DNA of 12,550 nucleotides from Azolla caroliniana (taxonomy: Eukaryota; Plantae; Polypodiophyta), in contig JBHGNT010001053.1 in NCBI GenBank assembly GCA_043228905.1, forward strand, positions 1-12,550, in the 5' to 3' direction. Shown here piece by piece: positions 1-8,675 of this stretch. Within the stretch, counting starts at the first letter, position 1, and each line of letters begins with the position of its first letter. The notes beneath the pieces are model-generated. The model worked only from the letters and a program-made list of their open reading frames with translations, did no database searches and was not told where the DNA came from. The translations under genes and the position numbers were made by a program.

Positions 1-579
1 AAGCATTAATAGAGATTTAGACATCGCGTAAGTAGGGAGAGTTACAAGGAGAGCGAATCAGGGGGAAGAATATAGGAAGGGAAAGCGACAGGTCATGAAT
101 GCTCTGTAACGGTTGCTCCTTGTGCTATAAAAGGGGCGACCTTTGACTGTTTTGGGGGATGTGATCTAGAGAGGTGAAAAGAAACAACGAGAAGAAGGGA
201 CGACGAGTTGTACGAGGTATCACCGGAATGCGCTTCCCCTGCTCGCGTCAGACGCCCGAGTGCTCCCAACCGGGGGATCAACCTTCTGCGTGCCTACTAC
301 CAGCTCTACGCTCTATCATCAACATTGATCCAGTTGTAATTCCCCAAAGCGCTACGCGCATGTTTTGATTAATATAAACTTATCTACCTAACTCAAGTTG
401 TTCTCAACATCTCTGTTTGCGCCTGTGTCTACATGCGATCCTCTTACACTCTCTCTCTTGTTTCACGGTCTCAGGGCTTACGTAAACCACATACTCTTCC
501 TCCTCACTTCTTGATTCCTTGGTACAAGACCCCCATGGTCTTGCCCAACTTCTACGCATCCGCGAGGATTTTCTCGACA
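1..579 (+). repeat. Unpaired LTR-like segment truncated by the window start; right end at 579 (...TCTCGACA) or 448 (...TCTTACA)
   Basis: CTATAAAAGG at 125-134, a downstream AT-rich AATATAAA near 371, a pyrimidine-rich U5-like tail and CA-terminated candidate ends; no convincing ORF; no second copy in the window. Confidence 0.45.
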
Positions 580-677
580 ACGTAGTAAATCATTGGGACC
601 CAATACATAAGGAGGGAAAGAACATTGACAATTACTTAAATGATGTGTATAGACTTGAAGGACATTAAGAATCTGAC
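478..677 (-). pseudogene. gag: Older gag, in-frame continuation after the insertion site (true homology may stop at ~580)
   Basis: ...DHKG|QILNVLQVYTHHLSNCQCSFPPYVLGPNDLLR is in frame across the TSD; the frame stays open to TAA at 478. Confidence 0.65.
673..677. other. Target-site duplication, left copy (CTGAC)
   Basis: Immediately flanks the LTR; the right copy is CTAAC at 6322-6326 (4/5 match, a transition). Confidence 0.85.
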
Positions 678-1092
678 TGTCGTGACCCAAGCTTCGAAGA
701 CGAGGTCGATTTGGAAGAAAAGAAGATAATAACAAATGAGAAGATGTTTACAAGACAAAAATACAAGAATTTCTATTACCGGAAACCGAGATTACAAGGT
801 TGCTGAACACTAGTATTGAACCAGAATGGTTCAACACTAAGCAGATCTTCGACTTATATACTGTACATCAGAATGTGTGTGATCACCATTTGGCATTCAT
901 GTTGTGCGCGACTTGGCGTACAGGGTGCATGCCATTTGGCGGTCATCTAATGTGTCTAGTGCTCTATAGTTCTTGAATAATAATAATATGAAAATGTATT
1001 TATTAATTAAAATGAGTTGGTGCAATGATTAAAGTGTAAGACCATTGTTTGAAGGTCACAAGTTCAAACTTTGATATTCACATTTTGTGACA
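678..1092 (-). repeat. 3' LTR of the chromovirus (415 bp)
   Basis: + strand reads TGTCGTGACCC...TTTTGTGACA; aligns end to end with 5914-6321 (27 substitutions and one 7-bp indel by manual count). Confidence 0.97.
853..860 (-). promoter_or_regulatory. TATA box in the chromovirus LTR (3' LTR copy)
   Basis: Element-sense TATATAAG; the PBS-complementary segment starts ~32 nt downstream of its first T. Shortened to TATAAG in the 5' LTR. Confidence 0.65.
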
Positions 1093-1106
1093 TCATCCCC
1101 TCGTTT
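1093..1106 (-). promoter_or_regulatory. Polypurine tract overlapping the pol stop codon
   Basis: Element-sense AAACGAGGGGATGA directly precedes the 3' LTR TGTCACA; the TGA is the stop of ORF 1093-1743. Confidence 0.85.
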
Positions 1107-1146
1107 GACGATGAGTTCCATTAGTCGCAATGCATGAACTAGGTTT

Positions 1147-1317
1147 TGGTTTATGGGGATAACGAAGATGAAACTCTTGTATAAGTTCAGAGGCATTAGT
1201 GATGTTCGTTGCAGGTTCCCATGTCCGATCCGCAGGCATGTATCCAAGCCAATCTACTAGATAATATAACTTATTGTGGATGACCTTAGAGTCCAAAATA
1301 GCTTCTACTTCATATTC
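1147..1317 (-). other. Integrase C-terminal chromodomain
   Basis: EYEVEAILDSKVIHNKLYYLVDWLGYMPADRTWEPATNITNASELIQEFHLRYPHKP is a canonical chromodomain pattern. Confidence 0.93.
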
Positions 1318-4300
1318 AGGTCCTTCAGCAAGTTGAACCGGAGATGGTGGTGGGATAACCCGATTTGGAATAGAACTTGATGTCCATGGTTCTAATAATG
1401 AAACATGAAATACTGGATGAAGATGCATATGTGAAGGCAGGTCCAGACGAAATGTAGCATCGTTGACTTGATGAGATATTACAAATGGACCTAGACGTTG
1501 GAAATCCAATTTGGCACATGGTCGAGTAGTTTTCACATTACGACACAATAACCAGACACGATCACCTACTTTAAACTTAGGGTCTTCAAGTGAAGAATCT
1601 AAGCGATGTTTATCCGCCACCTTCTTGTACTTGGCTTGAGCATGAAGCAAATTATGAGAAAGGTTGGTTTGAATTTCTTTGAGTTTTTCTAAACGATCTT
1701 TGACCGTGGGATTGTTTGAGACTTTTGGACATTTGAGTATCATCTATCGAGGATGATATCTTGTGTTTGCAAAGAACGGAGTGAATCTCGTAGAAGAATG
1801 GATTGAATTATTTTAAGCAAATCCATATGTAAGAAATACATCCAATCATCTTGTTGATAGTTGATAAAGAAATGGAGATATTGTTCTAATGTTTGATTTG
1901 TGCGTTCCGTTTGACCATCAGTTTGAGGATGGTAGCTTGAAGATAGTTTATGACAAATTCCAAGGATCTCAAGTAAGTGTGTCCAAAACTTTGCAATAAA
2001 TTGTGGTCCACGATCACTAATGATTTCATCTGGAAGGCCATGGTGCTTGAAAACTTCTCGCATAACAAGACTTGTCAATCTTGACTAGTTAAAGTTTTTC
2101 TACATGGAAGAAAATGTGCCATTTTCGTAAAGCGATCCACCAGTGTAAGAATTGCATCATAGCCTTGGGAAGATGGGAGATTTGTGATGAAATCGATAGA
2201 AATGGATTTCCACGGACCATCTGGAATGGGCAATGGGTGCAACAAACCATATGGCCGATGTCGAGGCATCTTTGATTGACAACATAAATCACAAGTAGAA
2301 ACATAGTCTATGACAAATTGACGAACCTAAGGCCACCAATAGTTTCGGGTAACTAGCTCCAATGTTTTCAAAACTCTGAAATATCCAGCTAATGGTGAAT
2401 CATGGCAGTGATGCAAGACTTCAAGTCAAAAAGGTTCATTGGGAATATATGTACGGTTGTTTCGAAAAAGAAACCCATCATGCCAACTGAAGTTCCCATA
2501 ATCCATGCGAGAAAACTTGGAGCGTGAACAAGAAGCACGATCTGGAACAATGTGGTCTAAAATATCTTGTGCAAAATCATATGAACCAATGCTCGAGCGA
2601 ATAGAATCGAGAAATTTTGAATCCAAAGTTATCTCAGCAACATTTGTCACCATTAATCATAGACAGCTAGGGCTCAAAAGGACTTGTTCTTGATTGTAGT
2701 AAGTTGGGTCCCCTGGTTTTGGTGCAAAATAAGAGCGTATTGATAAGGCATCAACTTTACCTTGTTGTGTTCGTGGTCGATATGTTATCACAAAGTGGAA
2801 CCGTGTTAGAAATTGTGCCCACTGAGCTTGTCGTCGATTTAGAACTCGAGCATTTTGAAAGTATGTGAGGTTTTTATGATCGTTGTAAACAATAATTTGG
2901 TGGGGAGAACCTTCCAGGAAGTGACGCCATTGTTCGAAAGAGTCAACAATTGCCAACAATTCTTTGTCATGGATTTCATAATTGATTTCTGCAAGTTCAA
3001 AATTTCTTGAATGAAATGCAACTGGATGTAATTTCTCATCATCCGCTGCTTGCGATAGAACACTTCCTAGTGCAAAATCAGATGCATCTGCTTCTATGAT
3101 AAACGGCTTTTTAAGGTCAACGTGAACCAAAATGGGAGTAGATGTAAATGCTTGCTTCAAGCTATCAAATGCATCAGCTGCATTTGATGTCCATACAAAT
3201 GGTCGGTTCTTCTGTGTTAGTTCCATGGGGGCAAAACAACTTTTGAGTAAATCTTGATGAACTTGTGGTAGAAATTCGCAAATCCCAAGAAACATTGCAG
3301 ATCACGAACTGGGCCTAGTGCCTTCCAATCTAGAATTTTTTGTACTTTCTTTGGATCCATAAAAATACCTTCTGGAGAGACAATATACCCTAGAAACTCG
3401 ACTTGATTGCGGTCAAAGCAACACTTCTCTAGTTTGGCATAAGGACCAAATTCCCGTAATCATTGTAGAACTTGTCGAACATGATTATTATGCTCCTCTT
3501 GTGTCTTTGAGTAGATTAGTATGTCATCCAAGTAAATTATCGTGAAGATATCGAGGAAATCTTCAAAGATATCATTTGCCATATGTTGGAAAACTGCTGG
3601 AACATTTGTAAGCCCAAATGGCATTACTGTGTACTCGAAGTGATCATATCGTGTGCGAAAAGCAGTTTTCCATTCATTACCAGGTCGAATATGAACAAGG
3701 TTGTAAGCTCCTCATAAGTCTAGCCTTGTGAAGTATTTGGCCCCATTGAGACGTTCCAAAAGATTTGGAATCAATGGTAGAGCATATCGATTTCGAATCA
3801 TAACCGTGTTCAAGCCTCGACAGTCTACGACCAAACATAAAGAGCCATCTTTCTTCTTAACAAAAAAAGTAGAAGCACCAGCAGGAGATCGTGAATGTCA
3901 AATAAAGCCATTTGCAACATTCTCATCAATATAGAACTTTGAATTATGACGGCGAAAGGTTATAAATTGGTCCCCATGGTGGTTCCTTCTCAGCATGCAA
4001 ATCAATGGGACAATCATATGGGCGATGATCAGGAAGTGTTGTGGCCTTTACCTTATCTAACACATCGGAAAATTCTTGATACTTTGATGGCAAATGGACC
4101 TCTGAATCTTGTGGGTTTCAGAATGGGGTTATGACCACTACAAACACAAACATATCTTCTATTGTAGCTTCTTTATGTAATCTTTTGAGAGAGATAGTTG
4201 ATTTATGTCTTGGTGTTAGCTTTGAGGTTGATGTGATGATGAGCCTTAAAGTGTTGTCTCGTGAGTCTATGATTTCCCTCTTCTTCCAATCAATCTTTGG

Positions 4301-4652
4301 ATTATGAAGTTCAAACCACGACAACCCAAGAACAATTGGATGTTCGGGACTGCTTTGATATTAAAAGATATTACAGTAGCTAAATTACTAAGAACTACAT
4401 GAATACGCTCTGATTCTTCAGTAATATCTCCTGATGCAATAGAACGTCCATCAATTACTGCTACTGATGCTGGATGAGGAAGCTTATAGAGTAGAATTTC
4501 TTGTGTTGTGGCAAAATCCCGATCCATGAAACATGAGTTGGCTCATGAATCCAAGAGCGCAGATGCAAGAACTTGATGACATCTTGATGTGCTGAGTTGA
4601 ACTTGCGCCGTGAAAACTTCACTGACTCGGTTCAATGAAATGGAACCTAAGC

Positions 4653-4725
4653 TCGGAACAAGTTCTATATGCTTTGGTTGGTCCAACCAAATGGCTCCGA
4701 TTTTGGCTGGACTTACTCATTTAAC
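4653..4725 (-). promoter_or_regulatory. Putative -1 ribosomal frameshift signal (slippery heptamer plus H-type pseudoknot)
   Basis: G_TTA_AAT (4719-4725), a 6-nt spacer, an 11-bp stem (4702-4712/4681-4691), and loop TCGGAGC able to pair with downstream GTTCCGA (4653-4659); pol is in the -1 frame. Confidence 0.7.
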
Positions 4726-5854
4726 AACTCATCTAGTTGGCTTAGAACATCAAAACTATTGGACTGAGGGTTGTTGACAAGAGTTCTTGGTTTATTGGCT
4801 TTGACCGGAGAACATGAATCAAAATTCTCAATAGCACTTACTTGATTTAATTGTCTGTTTGGTCGATGTGGACAATGTAATGATATATGTCTTGGACCAC
4901 GACAATATAGGCAAAGTCGATTTGCTCGACGTCGTTGTTTCTCGGCTTCGGACAAAGGACCTCGATGATATGCTGCATCAATCTCCATTGGAGTAGGTCC
5001 ATTAAAAGAATTAGGATTAGGAACTTGCATTGGTCCTAAAGGTGGTGAGGCTAATATTAAAGCATATGTTTGCTCAAATCTAAGGCGTGTCGACGTTTGT
5101 TGGCGCTCAGAACGTCTTTCGAACGAACGATTGTCACATTGAACTACGTGGCTAATAGCTTTTGTTAGTGATTTGGGTTCATCATGAAATGTTAAGAGCA
5201 AGTCTTTAACATCATTACGCAAATCGTGCCGAAACAAGTCCATCATCACTGCTTCATCCCAAGGGATATCACAAGCAAGAAGACGAAAATTAGCTGCGTA
5301 AGCTGAGGCTGGCCGATCTCCTTGGCACAACCTATGAATCTTGTTTATTGTTGTTCTTACACTATCAGTATCACCAAAACTAGCTTGGAATTCATTGATA
5401 AAGGTATCAAAGTTTTCTAGTATTGAGGATTTCTTCTCTAGCAATGGTGCAAACCATGCTAGTGCGGTTCCTGTCAATAGTGTTCCAACTAACCCCACTC
5501 GAGTTGCGTCAGTTGGATATTGGTTGGGATGCATATGAATTATAAGGCATACCTCATTTAAGAATCCTCGGAATTGAGACCTTGTACCATCAAATTTTGT
5601 TGGTAAAATAATTTTGGGTTCTTTCAACAAACTTTGAGAGGTTGAAGCTTGTTGTCGAAGAGATAACACAATAGCTTCAAGTTGTTGGATACATTTTGAG
5701 AGTTCCTCATGTTGTTGTGCCTTTTCAGTTCACTCACTTGTTGCAAGTCGCCAAGAAGTTTATGATTCTCTTGTTCCAATGCAACAAATTTTGTTGTTAG
5801 GAGGTCAAGTTCTGAGAGAATACACATATACTCTTGTCTACTGACGGTCTCCAT
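4713..5854 (-). pseudogene. gag: Chromovirus gag: N-terminal coiled-coil-like region, capsid (EPKIILPTKFDG...LAWF...QG), PTPMEID, CCHC knuckle; one frameshift near 5720
   Basis: ORFs 5624-5854 and 4713-5669 join via a frameshift; the knuckle CLYCRGPRHISLHC fits CX2CX4HX4C; ends LLNE*. Confidence 0.92.
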
Positions 5855-5898
5855 TGTGACGGAAAAACTTCACTAGATATTCAAGAAAGAAAAAGTGG

Positions 5899-5911
5899 CA
5901 TTTTGGTTCAA
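5899..5911 (-). promoter_or_regulatory. Non-tRNA primer-binding site, complementary to the LTR R region (putative self-priming)
   Basis: Element-sense TTGAACCAAAATG lies 2 nt after the 5' LTR, with no TGG start; 12/13 complementary to LTR-sense CATTCTGGTTCAA (816-828). Confidence 0.75.
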
Positions 5912-5913
5912 AC

Positions 5914-6321
5914 TGTCGCGACCCAAGCTTCAAAGACGAGGTCGATTTGGAAGAAAAGAAGATAATAACAAATGAGAAGATGTTTACAAGACAAAAATAC
6001 AAGAAATCCTATTATCGGAAATCGAGATTACAAGGTTACTGAAGACTGGTGTTAAACCGGAATGGTTCAACACTAAGCAGATCTTCGACTTATACATCAG
6101 AATGTGCATGATCACCATTTGGCATACATGTTGTGCACCACTTGGCGTATAGGGTGCATGCCATTTGGCGGTCATCTAATGTGTCTAGTGCTTTATAGTT
6201 CTTGAATAATAATAATATGAAAATATATTTATTAATTAAAATGAGTTGGTACAATAGTTAAAGTGTAAAACCATTGTTTGAAGGTTACAAGTTCAAACCT
6301 TGATATTCACATTTTATGACA
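5914..6321 (-). repeat. 5' LTR of the chromovirus (408 bp)
   Basis: + strand reads TGTCGCGACCC...TTTTATGACA; direct repeat of 678-1092; ends ~60 nt upstream of the gag ATG at 5854. Confidence 0.97.
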
Positions 6322-6326
6322 CTAAC
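6322..6326. other. Target-site duplication, right copy (CTAAC)
   Basis: Matches 673-677 with one G>A difference; removing the element restores the flanking gag frame. Confidence 0.85.
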
Positions 6327-7237
6327 CTTTATGGTCTGCAGCTTTAGCTTTGCTGTCATGCTCTTTCTGTTGGAGCTTTCCACATTGCTATTTTGTATGA
6401 CCCTTCTTTTTGCAGAATACGCAAAAAGGATGTTGTCGCTTACAATTGCGATCCATGAATTCGTTGGGTGTCTTGTGTTTCCCAGCGAATTGTGACTGCT
6501 TAGACCCGGGCGCTTCGTTGGGTTCGTTGTGGTCCTTCTAAGTGCGTTGATAGCGAAGAACTATTTCAACGGCATCTTCGAAGGATTTTGGATCCTTATC
6601 GTGCACTATCCAGCGATAGTCCGAATTGGGGATGCCATTAAAAAAACAAGCTATTAACCAGTTGTCCCCCTCTAGACCCAATTTTTGGATTTGGGTTCTA
6701 GCATGGTGAACATAGTCTTCTAGCGAGGAAAACTTCCTGCTAGAGAGGTTCATTAAAGCTTGTGCTACCTCGGTCCGAGAGGGAGGTTGCAGAAATTGGC
6801 CCTTAAAAACAGTGACAAAATCTGTCCAGGTATCGGGCAATTTCCCCAAAGTTCTGAGCCCACGCCACCAGGCGGCGGCCTTACCCCCTAGTTCTCGGCC
6901 GACATATACAATCTTCGTACTATCTGGCGTGGGATAGAGCTCAAAATGAGACTCCCATCGGCCCAACCACATGCAAATTGCTTCTTCGGTTCTTTCCTTT
7001 TTTTTCTCCCGTAAATAGCTTAACGACAAACGATGGTTCACCCTGTCGCTCATCAGGTCTATTAGTCTCACGTTGTAAACTAATGACACGTGCCTCGAGA
7101 GTACTTTGAGATTGCCGAAGTTTGGTCATCTTTTGAGCGGTGAAACTAAGGTATTGGGTTATTTGTGAAAAATACATCTCAATGGACATTTGTCTAGGAG
7201 GATTTCCTTGAGTTCCTTCCGCTTGAGCGGATGACAT
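6322..7237 (-). pseudogene. gag: Older gypsy-type gag, 5' part (capsid plus CCHC knuckle), interrupted by the chromovirus
   Basis: Capsid signature LGGKAAAWW...TWTDFVTVFKGQF...LEDY...FFNGI; +1 slip in an A8 run (6998-7005); stops at 6538 and 6388; knuckle CVFCKKKGHTK*QC at 6382-6423. Confidence 0.85.
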
Positions 7238-8060
7238 TGAATGATTATTTCTGGCAAAGAAATAGGATAAGTTCAGACAAATAGTCATAACATCATGTCG
7301 TAATGTAAACATATCATGGGCAAACATTAATCGATATCATGATCTCACGTCAATACCCCTCTAAACGTATGAGATGAGGTTGAAGATCAGGTTACTATGG
7401 TAACACAAAGGTGTTTTAAAAACCATGGGGGTGACAAATTAATGTCTTTCCCTGATCTCTATATCGATTTTTTCATGGCAGCTCCCCGAGGCTGAACCAT
7501 GTATGTTCGCATCATGAATAGTTTATACACGAAAAAAATGTTAACAATAAACTATGTTTCGGTGCCCACACATGTGGTTTTGGCTCTTTAAGTCCTATTA
7601 CGAGGACCCCGAGGTGGACTTAGACCTCAAGTCTAAACATGTGTTACAATCATATGTATCAATGATGTTGTATGATCTTGGTCATATTTGAACTCGAGAC
7701 CTTGAGAACAAATGCATTAAACACTTGAGCCAACCAAATAGGTTGCTCTTCTTCAATGTTTAATATTTAATGCATATAAGAGATATACGAGGCATTTGCC
7801 CATATATGTTGTTTTAAAAGAAACATATATGTTAAGAGTCCTTATTTACCCTTCGTTTACCACAAACTTTGTTGGTACATTACCTAACCTCAAGTCTCGT
7901 AATTATGATGGCATATGCCAAAGTGCAACCTAATGGTCAAGCCAAATGAGCCCTCTTTTCGTAGTAGGCCCATGTGGCCCATCACATGGTTATGTCATTA
8001 CGAATGCCTTTCATAAGAATGATCTCATGGTGGCATCGTATCCATGTAATGAGGGAGGGA

Positions 8061-8675
8061 TGTTGGATATGTGTGTCATAAGAGCGAACTCACATCAAGT
8101 GGGTCAAGCCCTACGTTCTTAACACCATTGTGGCTAAGATTGTTTCATTACGTAACAAAATTGAAGTCACCAACAGGGATGTCAACAATAAAAATTTGTT
8201 GAAAAAGGGATGGTGACAACACCATTCTCACAAAAATGTGAGGACGGCCACCAAGATAAGATAGACAGAAAGGAGAGAGAGAAAGAAGAGTGCCGATCCA
8301 CCCGACCAACCCCGAGTGAAGGGATCGAGACGGACTGGAGCCTCGATTGGCATCCCATACTACCGTCGTGGCGTCGAGTCGTACCTGGTGCTGGCGCGCT
8401 CGCTGCAAGAGTTGAACCACCACGAAACAAAGTCTCGACATAGTCAAAAGATGGTGAAATAATGGTGAAATGAGGGTAGCTAGGCCTCTTATTTATAACG
8501 ATACCCAAGGCCCCTAGGCAAGTTCACACTTGGCCTAATGGGTTGTCTCAATCCCGAGGATTAAAATTAATCCTCCCCTTCTTTACACTCTCGTTTAACT
8601 CTCACACTTATCCACATGTATAGAATCCTAAGGTAAATTCTCAGCACGGGATATTATATGGTCATGCCCGTAACA
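8061..8675 (-). repeat. Unpaired LTR-like segment (615 bp) truncating the copia RT
   Basis: TGTT...AACA termini; minus-strand TATAAATAAGAGG (TATA at 8490-8497); copia RT homology stops abruptly at 8676; no TSD (AGGGA vs CCAGT). Confidence 0.55.

Larger units (their letters stand above)
1093..4718 (-). pseudogene. pol: Chromovirus pol (protease, RT, RNase H, integrase, chromodomain) with multiple stops and frameshifts
   Basis: Protease ALLDS*ANSCFMD (~4525-4560); [20 protein letters not shown] and YLDD (3523-3534); RNase H EADASDFALGSVL, NYEIHDKELLAI, DHKNL; integrase HHCC region, [31 protein letters not shown]; chromodomain EYEVEAILD...VDWLGY...TWEP. Confidence 0.96.
678..6321 (-). mobile_element. 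Full-length, degenerate Ty3/gypsy chromovirus LTR retrotransposon (Tf1/sushi/Tcn1-like)
   Basis: Paired direct LTRs (678-1092, 5914-6321) with TG...CA ends; flanks CTGAC/CTAAC; internal order gag-PR-RT-RH-IN-chromodomain on the minus strand; PPT adjacent to the 3' LTR. Confidence 0.97.

Noticed and set aside
93-368. ORFs 93-281 and 174-368 as genes
   Set aside because: They are short, lack motifs and lie within LTR-like sequence.
2505-5538. Plus-strand ORFs antisense to the chromovirus (2505, 3728, 3946, 5341)
   Set aside because: They are short shadows of the gag/pol frames with no recognisable motifs.
4713-5669. Domesticated gag gene (PEG10/RTL1/LDOC1-like)
   Set aside because: It lies within an LTR-bounded, TSD-flanked element and is frameshifted; the similarity reflects shared retrotransposon ancestry.
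7482-7499. Minus-strand TGGTTCAGCCTCGGGGAG as a tRNA PBS for the older gag element
   Set aside because: I cannot match it to a tRNA 3' end (no T-loop consensus), and no LTR boundary is supported there.
8148-8508. ORFs of 77-108 aa as an env-like or accessory gene
   Set aside because: They overlap in LTR-like sequence and have no motifs; hydrophobicity comes from a CT-rich tract.
8061-8675. Native 3' LTR of copia A, or a solo LTR
   Set aside because: There is no RT/RH remainder or PPT before it, and the flanking 5-mers differ.
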